Under the pieces are notes generated by a model. That model searched no databases and was not told the DNA's origin. It was given only the letters and a program-made list of their open reading frames with translations. A DNA stretch of 64,000 bases from positions 162,774-226,773 of IMG/VR virus record IMGVR_UViG_3300009011_000002, one strand, 5' to 3'. Position numbers and translations under genes: made by a program. Every line of letters starts with the position of its first letter. The first letter of the stretch is position 1. This document shows, piece after piece, positions 56,331 to 64,000 of the stretch.

Positions 56331-56867
56331 TTAGCCCATGTGGTCACGGGACTGTGCGGGGGATTTAAAGCTATCTGGCATACGGGCCGCCGAGCTTTCA
56401 CAGAGAGACTCTACCCGACCTTCTTTTTTACCCTCAGCAAAGGCATACTCAATCATTTCCTTGACCTTGCTGCTGTCCAGCCCCAGGTGAGCTTTACCCA
56501 TCTTTTCAAGAAGCTCCTGGGGGATATCTTCTTGATGGCCGATGCGGAACTTGCCATCGATCCATTCCTCGACCGACTTCAGCGCAATGGCAAAACGCAG
56601 GAACCGGATTTGACTACCCGCCGTATCGAGGTCGGTGGGTTGCTCGAACAACGCCGCTGAGTTCCAGTTAGCCAAACGGAGCGCGTCGTGGTAGAGCCCC
56701 GAGAAAGGCAGCGATGGCAACTCTTTGTAGCCTGGGTGTGCTTTGATTTCTGCCTCGATTTTCAAAACAGTTTCCAGTGTGTCTTGTGCTACCTTTTCTT
56801 TTTGGGCTTGCAGCTCTTCTGCAAAACCATTTACTGCTTTTTTCATAGCTTGTTCTTTATAGTTCAT
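56331..56867 (-). CDS. hypothetical protein
   Basis: Start moved to MNYKEQ (purine-rich RBS). Confidence 0.7.
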   Translation of the reverse strand: MNYKEQAMKKAVNGFAEELQAQKEKVAQDTLETVLKIEAEIKAHPGYKELPSLPFSGLYHDALRLANWNSAALFEQPTDLDTAGSQIRFLRFAIALKSVEEWIDGKFRIGHQEDIPQELLEKMGKAHLGLDSSKVKEMIEYAFAEGKKEGRVESLCESSAARMPDSFKSPAQSRDHMG

Positions 56868-57007
56868 CGTCCCTTTCCTTTGGTAGAGCAAGAGCGTTAG
56901 TAGATGTCGCTAACGCTCCGCTAGTTAATATCGTGAAACTCTCCCTACTCCCCCACCCGGTTTCCCAGACGGTTTAATTACATACCAATAGCAACCCCAT
57001 TAGACAA

Positions 57008-58345
57008 TCACTGGACTGCCTTCTCTTCGTTGTTGATGAAGAAGGAGATCTTGGAATGCTCACGGAACACAGGAGACTGGCTTTGGGTATCCATACGCAA
57101 TTCAGTGTACAGATTGGTGATACTACCCTCCTTGAACGTGAGGGTTTCGCTACCACTCATGTAGAAGTAACGGCACGGGGTGTCAGGTTCAATCCAATCA
57201 GCAAAGGAGTTGTGCCATTCGACTTCCATCTCTTGGCCGTCATTGTAAGCGTTCTTGCTCAGCAGTTTACACATGTTAGACGACGCCTTACCGCTAAACG
57301 GCACCATCTCTTCACCGCTGGTACGCTTGCTGGTCTGGAACTCCGACAGGGAATCACCCCGGGTGGTCATGTTCTGACCCTTATTGTAGTAACGCCCCGT
57401 TTCACCCATGATCGCTTCAGGGCTGGTCACACGGTAACCCATCCCTTGGTTCTGACGTTCAATGTCCCGGTTGTCTGCCATGTCACCATCACCGGTGGAC
57501 AAGATGGTCATCTTGTTGCCTTCGATGAAGTAACTGTTCTCGATCGTGGGGAAGACGTTCTTAGGTAGGCGGTAGATGTCAACCGTCTTACGGGCTGTCT
57601 CGTAGCGTCCTACCTTGTACAACGGGTAGATGTACCACATCCCTTTCCGGTAATACTGCCCCATCCCCTTACTGTAAAAGCCGAACTCTTCGTGTTGCTG
57701 GAACCACTTAGCCAGAATCACCAGAGGAACAGCCGCAGGGATGGAAATACGACCAAAGGTTCGGTCGTTATCGAAAGGGGTTTCGATGTTTACACCCCGG
57801 AACTTATCCGGCCCTGTCAGGTTCAACAGGTTACCGTACTCGGTCAGGATACCGTGGATAACCTTATCGAGTTTAGCCATGAGGAAGTTGTCAGTAACCA
57901 GTTCGTTCTTCAACAAGGCAAAGCCTGGCTCCAGTAACTGGAACGAGACTGTCACCATGTTGAGGTCGTCCTTGGCTACCAAATCCGCCAGTGCCGTGTC
58001 GTTACCTTGCATCTCAGGGTTGGTGTCCCCGAGTGGTGTCGCACGGTAACGCTTCATGGTCTGCGTGTACCCCACACGGTTAACTACCTCGATGTAGAGG
58101 TTGTCCTTGTAGGGAAGGATCTGCTTCATGTACACACCCGGTTGGATCTGCGCACGTATCTCGCAGTCATCCGATGCGCCACCAGCAAAGTTTGCATTCC
58201 GACCAAACCCGTTAGGGATCAGCAAGGGGATCTGGTCCACCGGGGTAATCACCGTCGCTTCCATTTTGATAAAGCGACGACTCCCTGAATCGTTCACGGC
58301 ATTTGCGTGATCGATCAAGTTCTGTAACGGACGCGGGTAGTTCAT
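57008..58345 (-). CDS. virion structural protein (possible baseplate hub)
   Basis: 445 aa, GGAGG RBS, in a coupled late operon; hub assignment is inference. Confidence 0.65.
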   Translation of the reverse strand: MNYPRPLQNLIDHANAVNDSGSRRFIKMEATVITPVDQIPLLIPNGFGRNANFAGGASDDCEIRAQIQPGVYMKQILPYKDNLYIEVVNRVGYTQTMKRYRATPLGDTNPEMQGNDTALADLVAKDDLNMVTVSFQLLEPGFALLKNELVTDNFLMAKLDKVIHGILTEYGNLLNLTGPDKFRGVNIETPFDNDRTFGRISIPAAVPLVILAKWFQQHEEFGFYSKGMGQYYRKGMWYIYPLYKVGRYETARKTVDIYRLPKNVFPTIENSYFIEGNKMTILSTGDGDMADNRDIERQNQGMGYRVTSPEAIMGETGRYYNKGQNMTTRGDSLSEFQTSKRTSGEEMVPFSGKASSNMCKLLSKNAYNDGQEMEVEWHNSFADWIEPDTPCRYFYMSGSETLTFKEGSITNLYTELRMDTQSQSPVFREHSKISFFINNEEKAVQ

Positions 58346-59076
58346 CAGTTGCCTCCGTCAAAGATCCAGTCAGGGTTACCCAAAAGCAGGCTATCCTTCA
58401 TCGGGCTGATGGTAGCAGGGGCTTGGTTGAACCACCCCGGCGCTTGGTTCTGTTGGTAAGTAGCGCTTGGCAGGAACTCAGGTGCCGAGTTCAAGTCGTC
58501 CAAGTGACTGATAAAGGAATAGTCGTCTTCGCCCTTACCAGTACCCATCCGGTGCATCATGAACAGAGCACCCATACCCATGAGGCCCTGCGCGTTGTGC
58601 ATCGCGTCATCACGGTACTTCTCGCGCACTTCCTGATTGACCCGGAATGGCTTAATGAGCTTGTACTTGGGGTACAACAGGTACGCCACGCTTTCCAGCT
58701 TCTTCAGCTCCTCCATGGGAGGATAGCGCCAGCAGTTGGTACGGATGATCTCACACCACAGTGCAAGGTACTCCTGGATGGACTCGTACATCTCCACCAC
58801 GTTCTTGTTGGCGTTCTTGAAGCCCAACTTATCAGGGCTGTCGATGTGCTCCAAGATATCCATGATGCGAGGGACCTTCAACTCCCGTAGTTGGGGCTCG
58901 GAGAAGAAGTTATGGTCGTTGGCAAAGCCTTCGTTGACTTGTTCGTAGCGCCCACGCAACTGTTCGGTGGTCATCAACGTTTCCGGAGCAATCCAGACCG
59001 GGTAGGCCTGGAAGCTCAGGAGGTTGTACAACTCGATCAATCGCGCCCGGACTACGCAGTATCGGGCGTCAAGCAT
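58345..59076 (-). CDS. conserved hypothetical protein
   Basis: 243 aa, coupled. Confidence 0.75.
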   Translation of the reverse strand: MLDARYCVVRARLIELYNLLSFQAYPVWIAPETLMTTEQLRGRYEQVNEGFANDHNFFSEPQLRELKVPRIMDILEHIDSPDKLGFKNANKNVVEMYESIQEYLALWCEIIRTNCWRYPPMEELKKLESVAYLLYPKYKLIKPFRVNQEVREKYRDDAMHNAQGLMGMGALFMMHRMGTGKGEDDYSFISHLDDLNSAPEFLPSATYQQNQAPGWFNQAPATISPMKDSLLLGNPDWIFDGGN

Positions 59077-60360
59077 TTAGAGGGGTCCTCCCAAACGACG
59101 CGTCAATTGAATCAGGAGCAGGAGAATAGCTCCGTTGTACAATTGTTCGGTCTTGGTCAGTTGGAAGTACGTCTTGCAATACTTCAACAGACGGGGTTTA
59201 TCCACCAAGCGGTTCTTGAGGATGTCGTAAACCAACTCCTCGAATTCCCCGGACGGCTTGTGTTGGTAGAACCCTTCCGAGAACAGGTAGGTAATCTTCT
59301 CCTCATGGCTAGGCCGCAGGATCGGGAAACCTTCCATGTTGTAATACTCTTTGTGGGTCAGGTACCGCTCTGGGTCCGTGGCCACGAAGTACTGGAACTT
59401 GCTGGAACGCAGGTTGCCGTAGAAGCGGGTTTGCACTAGACGGGTAGTCTCAATGATCTTCGCTTCGTTGGTGCACTGGTCCAGCAGGTTGAAGTCACCC
59501 CGCAGCAACACCTCCCAGATGTTGAGGTCACCGCCCTTGCCGTATTCCCGTGCACCGTACTCCGTGGAGAACTGGTTGATGATCGGGTAGGTGGTCCGGT
59601 AGTCCGGTTCCATGACCGCATTGATGAAGTTCACCAAGTACTGATCGTAAACCTTCTTACCTTCGTATTCCCACGCAATGGTGCGTTCAGGGTCCCAGTA
59701 GAAGTTACGCATGATGGCGTTGGCAATGGTGCCCTTCCATTGGAACAGCTCACCGGCTACCTCGAACTCTTTGGTGGTAACCAGCCCTACACCGCCGTGA
59801 AGTACCGAGTCTTTGCTGTAGACCAGTTCTTCCACCACCCGGGCATCCAACTCAGCCCACAGGTCCTTGGTCAGGATACAAACCATCTGCACCGTAACGG
59901 AGTAGACCTTGTTCGCGGTGATGTTACGAATTTCGGGCTGGGTGGTAACCCGTGCCAAGCCTGCATTGCCGTCACCGATGTCAAACACCATGACAGTGTT
60001 GATGGTCGGGGCGATGTCAAAGCTCAACCAACCTTGGTAGGTATTCGAGCTCTCACCTTTCTCGGGGTCGAAGTCGAATGCACCATCACCTTCCTGTTTG
60101 AACAGGGCTTTACTGATGCGGGTGTACGACTGGTAGGTTGGGCAGTTCGACGGGGCAAACGAGAAGGTCTCCTCGTCGGCTCCCAGGAACGGACGGTAGA
60201 TCTCCGTCAACCGAGGAGTGCCGTCTACCATCGACAGCAACGACATCTCCGGTTGGTACGCGGAATCTACGATCGAATGGCGGTATGCGTCCGAATAGAT
60301 CTTTGGACGTTCTTCTACTGGGGCGTCTACTTGACCCAGTGGGTTAATGGCAAGGGACAT
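59077..60360 (-). CDS. virion structural protein
   Basis: 427 aa, coupled late operon; DIGDG.AG and YDQYLV.F motifs recalled for phiKZ-like virion proteins. Confidence 0.7.
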   Translation of the reverse strand: MSLAINPLGQVDAPVEERPKIYSDAYRHSIVDSAYQPEMSLLSMVDGTPRLTEIYRPFLGADEETFSFAPSNCPTYQSYTRISKALFKQEGDGAFDFDPEKGESSNTYQGWLSFDIAPTINTVMVFDIGDGNAGLARVTTQPEIRNITANKVYSVTVQMVCILTKDLWAELDARVVEELVYSKDSVLHGGVGLVTTKEFEVAGELFQWKGTIANAIMRNFYWDPERTIAWEYEGKKVYDQYLVNFINAVMEPDYRTTYPIINQFSTEYGAREYGKGGDLNIWEVLLRGDFNLLDQCTNEAKIIETTRLVQTRFYGNLRSSKFQYFVATDPERYLTHKEYYNMEGFPILRPSHEEKITYLFSEGFYQHKPSGEFEELVYDILKNRLVDKPRLLKYCKTYFQLTKTEQLYNGAILLLLIQLTRRLGGPL

Positions 60361-61877
60361 TATGTTCTCTCCAGAATGTTGTGCGCCTGGAGGCCCAGGG
60401 TCGCCATGTAAATACCGTAGTGTTCGCCAGGCAACCCACGACCTTTGTCAATCTCGCGGAGGATCTTCGGAACGTGGTGACCCCATGGACGAGGGAGTTT
60501 ATCCCACGGATACCAGACGAAGATGGTTGGCATCAGGTTCCAGTCTTCTGGGTGTGCGTCCAGATCCTCCCAGAAGCTCGGTAGGTAGTCGCGGATGGCA
60601 TAGTCGAGGGTTACCACTATCCGATACGTGTTTTGCATCGTAGGCGGTCGTGTGAGTGTTACAACGCCATTCTCGTCCATGACGATCTGCTCAGGGCTGA
60701 CTTGGATGTCATCACTGAACACTTGGACCAAGAACGGAGACCAGAACTGGTGGGTAACCGTCTTGTGCCGACGGAGCATGTACTGCTTAACCTTCTCGTT
60801 CCACTTGAACCCTGGAATCTCAAAGATGTTGCACAGCACTTGGCTTTGCACATCCTGCAACTTCAACCGGGCTTGGATGATCGGTTGTACCCACGGTTGC
60901 TTCTTCATGGTCCAAGGGTCATGTGCAGGCAGACGCAGGTAGTACGGTGCCTGTTGGTCCCGGACTTCGGTAAACGGTTGGATGAACGCCATCTCGGGGG
61001 CCATCTTCACGTCAAAGCGTTGGGTGAACTGTTCCTGTGGACGAGGGATCCATTTCTGATCGATCTCGTCTTGGTAGATGTTGAGTGGGTACTCCAGTTC
61101 CCAGTGTGTGAACTCCGGGAAGAAGAAGGAGTAGTTCAACTGGGCTTCCCACTTACCCATGACAGAAGCCTTACGGGCTTGTGCCACCACAGGCTCTGCA
61201 AACATGATCCCGATGTTGTTCAGCTTCATCGGGGTGACAATGCGCTTGTGCTTACCCGCCACGTTGGAGATGGTGGTAAACGGTGCCTTACAGCGTTCAC
61301 TGAACCACTCTCCCAGTTCAGGGGTGGTGGGGTCGTTCTTCTTCCACAACGTGTGGACGTGTTCCATGAACTCAATGATCGCTGGGTTAAGCCCCAGGTG
61401 CACGGTAGCACTGAAGTTCATGTTAGTGACTTGCTGGCTTTGTTGGTAGTTGATACGACGAATAAACTGCTTAGCCAACTTGTCACTGTTGAAACCGGCA
61501 ATGACCGATACCCGAACAATCGAACCGGTAAAGCCTGGGTAGATCAGCATGGGTTTTTCTTGCGTGTCCATCCACACCGCCCGCTCAGTCATCTCACGAC
61601 GCTGGTTGGCATTCCCCGAGTTAAACTCGTGGGGTTCGAATTCGGCTACCACAAATAGCTTGTTGCGGTAGACGCCGTCAGTGAAGATGTCACTGCGGTA
61701 TTTGTCGGTGGCGTTAGCCCCGATCAGCTTGGCAACTTCGTCTTGACCGTTGTAATAGATCTGGGCGGTAGATTCCAAGCCATAGAACTTCAGCATCTGC
61801 CGAAGGGAGTCGAGCACAGCCGGTCGGACAAAGGACCGATAATCTTCTTCTGAAGGAACAGATGTTTTGAGGATCAT
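60360..61877 (-). CDS. virion structural protein
   Basis: 505 aa, first gene of the operon. Confidence 0.7.
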   Translation of the reverse strand: MILKTSVPSEEDYRSFVRPAVLDSLRQMLKFYGLESTAQIYYNGQDEVAKLIGANATDKYRSDIFTDGVYRNKLFVVAEFEPHEFNSGNANQRREMTERAVWMDTQEKPMLIYPGFTGSIVRVSVIAGFNSDKLAKQFIRRINYQQSQQVTNMNFSATVHLGLNPAIIEFMEHVHTLWKKNDPTTPELGEWFSERCKAPFTTISNVAGKHKRIVTPMKLNNIGIMFAEPVVAQARKASVMGKWEAQLNYSFFFPEFTHWELEYPLNIYQDEIDQKWIPRPQEQFTQRFDVKMAPEMAFIQPFTEVRDQQAPYYLRLPAHDPWTMKKQPWVQPIIQARLKLQDVQSQVLCNIFEIPGFKWNEKVKQYMLRRHKTVTHQFWSPFLVQVFSDDIQVSPEQIVMDENGVVTLTRPPTMQNTYRIVVTLDYAIRDYLPSFWEDLDAHPEDWNLMPTIFVWYPWDKLPRPWGHHVPKILREIDKGRGLPGEHYGIYMATLGLQAHNILERT

Positions 61878-61904
61878 GAGTTGGAACCCATTAAAAAGAA
61901 TATA

Positions 61905-61937
61905 ACCAGTACTGGTAGGTAGCCCTACCAGTACTGG
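61905..61937 (-). terminator. intergenic hairpin
   Basis: CCAGTACTGGTAGG-TAGC-CCTACCAGTACTGG; each arm contains the palindrome CCAGTACTGG. Confidence 0.7.
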
Positions 61938-61942
61938 GCCGG

Positions 61943-62659
61943 TTATTGCGTTGCCTCAGCGTAACGGATCAGCAACACAGGACCGCGAGGAGGTTGCACC
62001 ACGGCTACACCGCTTACACCGTCGTTGAACTTCTGGATAACCTTGGAGGTCCCAAGTTCTTCAACCGTGAGGTCGCAGATGTTGAGTGGCTTGAGGTAGG
62101 CGATAACAGCCTTCGTCATGGCGCTGGTGAGCTGGCTGCCAGTAAAGACAGAACCCTTCACCGAGAAGACCTTGGAGGTCAACGCCAAACGCAGGCGTTC
62201 AACGCACAGATCAGGCTTAGTCCGATCCTTAGGACGACCCAAGACAGCTTTGTTCTTCACCTTGATGCTCAGGGTGCCGTACAGGGTGATGCAGTCGGGT
62301 TGGATCCCCACCGTCAACACCTGTTCGTTCGACGTGGTGAAGTCAGCCACCAAGTCTTCCGGCTCGAACATCGGGTAGTCGATACCCGGCAACAGGTTCA
62401 GGTTGTACTTCTCGGAGAAGCGGGCCATGAACGAGGTGTAGGTCTCACCTTGATCTGCGTCGATCTCGCATGGACGACGACGGAAGACCTGTGCGACGTT
62501 AGCCTTGGGCATGGGTGCACGACGGACCTTACCTTGGTATTCAATCATGAACACCGCAGTGGTTTCCGAGGTCGACATGGCCGAGTTGATCACAGCGCCC
62601 TGGGGGAGTTGCTTCTGCACCGTTTCCAGTGCTTTGGGGTGTACGTTGTCCAGGGACAT
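61943..62659 (-). CDS. hypothetical protein
   Basis: 238 aa, AAGGAG RBS. Confidence 0.75.
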   Translation of the reverse strand: MSLDNVHPKALETVQKQLPQGAVINSAMSTSETTAVFMIEYQGKVRRAPMPKANVAQVFRRRPCEIDADQGETYTSFMARFSEKYNLNLLPGIDYPMFEPEDLVADFTTSNEQVLTVGIQPDCITLYGTLSIKVKNKAVLGRPKDRTKPDLCVERLRLALTSKVFSVKGSVFTGSQLTSAMTKAVIAYLKPLNICDLTVEELGTSKVIQKFNDGVSGVAVVQPPRGPVLLIRYAEATQ

Positions 62660-62661
62660 GA

Positions 62662-64000
62662 TTACTCCTTGGTTTCCGCTTCTTCAGTGGCTTTAGAGAA
62701 GATCTTCGGGTTGATCCCGGAGATAGCCTTGTCGTAACCCGACATGCGTTTGTTGTGGCCCTTGAGTTCCTCACGAACAGACTTCAAGGCTTCCTTCGCA
62801 TCGGCGATACCCTGCTTAACCTTTTCACGGTTAGCCGCTACCACGTCGGAGTTCTTCTCATCACCCTGACTGGCGCCGTCGGTGTTCTTCTTCAGATCAT
62901 CGAGGGCTTTCTTGGCTTCGTTACGTTTGGTTACCAGACCGGAGTTACCCGACACTTCCTTACGGAGCAGACCCAGCAAGGAGTCAATGATGCGAGGTGC
63001 AATGGCTGCCGTGGAGATGGCGTTAACCGCCGTCTTCATTTTGCCCGTCGGATCAGTTTCTTCAGCCAGCTTGATAATACCCTGCTTGGCCGCGTCATTG
63101 ATGGCCACCGACTTGTCTGCCATGGCTTGCAAGGCTTTCTTGTTGGTGTCTGCCTTGGCAATGATCTTGTCAGCTCGCGCTTGACTGTCTTCGGGTGAAA
63201 CCATTTCCATGATCGCATCGAAAGACTCCAGCAAGGATTCGTAGGCTTTCTTACCCATCTCCTTGATCTTGTCGAAGACCTCACCTTCATTACCTGCCCG
63301 GAAGCGGATATCGTTGGCCAGTGCCACACCCTGCATGTAACGTGCCGCAGATGTGTCTTCACCGTTAAGGTAGTCTTCCAAACCTTGGAGAACCTCGATG
63401 CCGTGGTCCATCTTGCAACCACACTCGCAGGATTCATTCGCTTGGCATTCCAAACCGCCAATGCTGAAGTCCGGAGTAGACACCGGGTGGAGTTCGTTCT
63501 GGTCGATCGGGGCGTATTCTTCTACGCCATGACGTGCACCGAACTGGCTGGCCACGAAGACGTCGAGGATGTGCAATACCTTCTCCATGAAGTGGAGAGT
63601 ATCCACATCCCGCTGGAACGACAGGAAATGGATGTTGCAATCCTTGGTGACGTAGTCCATCCAGTCGTCAAGACGCTTGTTGGCGAACTCAACGATAGCA
63701 TCACAGCCTTCGGTGTATTCGTCATCGTCCAGCTTGTTGCCCAACGCGCAAACCGTCATCGCCACCGAACGCGGTTCAGGGAAGGTAGGTTTCTCGGCCC
63801 AACCCATACGCCGTAGTTCAAGCAGGTAATCGTTCAGCTGCTTGTTGACCTTCAGCTCCGAACCGTCGTAGTAGTCGAAGCGATCGCGAATGCCTTCCAA
63901 CATGCCGTGGAAGATCTCACGCAGTTGTTGGCCACCCTCATTGATGGGTCCCAGCAAGCCCAGACCAAACATCAAGTTACTCAGGTGGGGATTCTCCTCT
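62662..64000 (-). CDS. internal head protein-like, 5' end beyond the window
   Basis: Frame stays open to the window edge (EENPHLSNLMFG...); GVE, GLE, GLE, GNE sites precede a helical Lys/Ala-rich domain, as in phiKZ-type processed head proteins. Confidence 0.65.
   Translation of the reverse strand, partial: EENPHLSNLMFGLGLLGPINEGGQQLREIFHGMLEGIRDRFDYYDGSELKVNKQLNDYLLELRRMGWAEKPTFPEPRSVAMTVCALGNKLDDDEYTEGCDAIVEFANKRLDDWMDYVTKDCNIHFLSFQRDVDTLHFMEKVLHILDVFVASQFGARHGVEEYAPIDQNELHPVSTPDFSIGGLECQANESCECGCKMDHGIEVLQGLEDYLNGEDTSAARYMQGVALANDIRFRAGNEGEVFDKIKEMGKKAYESLLESFDAIMEMVSPEDSQARADKIIAKADTNKKALQAMADKSVAINDAAKQGIIKLAEETDPTGKMKTAVNAISTAAIAPRIIDSLLGLLRKEVSGNSGLVTKRNEAKKALDDLKKNTDGASQGDEKNSDVVAANREKVKQGIADAKEALKSVREELKGHNKRMSGYDKAISGINPKIFSKATEEAETKE

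Noticed and set aside
1-64000. CRISPR array or rRNA
   Set aside because: No regularly spaced direct repeats or long non-coding region; the window is almost fully tiled by CDSs

Overview
This is a 64 kb segment of a phiKZ-related (Chimalliviridae-type) jumbo myophage. The NAD-dependent ligase and gene order suggest the EL/OBP side of the group, which is an inference from recalled family features rather than a database search. Most genes are on the minus strand. The left part (1-17 kb) holds short accessory operons behind a repeated AAACCTATATTAC-type early promoter, including an Acb1-like 2H phosphoesterase, RNase HI, NAD+ DNA ligase and a tandem pair of minimal nucleotidyltransferase-like genes. 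The middle has SbcC, the central tail spike, four paralogous tail-fibre genes, an overlapped spanin pair facing a holin-like gene, RuvC, baseplate-type proteins and the probable portal. The right part has a second accessory island (42-46 kb), a non-virion RNAP beta-like subunit, the major capsid protein, DnaB helicase and more virion genes. Best leads: (1) a 45-bp extended promoter element shared by only two distant operons that both encode glycine-zipper membrane proteins, one with a nested in-frame start; (2) a -1 frameshift-like cassette at the capsid gene end; (3) an intact/degenerate nucleotidyltransferase pair in a genome that also encodes Acb1; (4) a candidate spanin/holin lysis module. 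No tRNA, CRISPR array or mobile element was seen. phiKZ gp numbers are recalled equivalences that need confirming by alignment.
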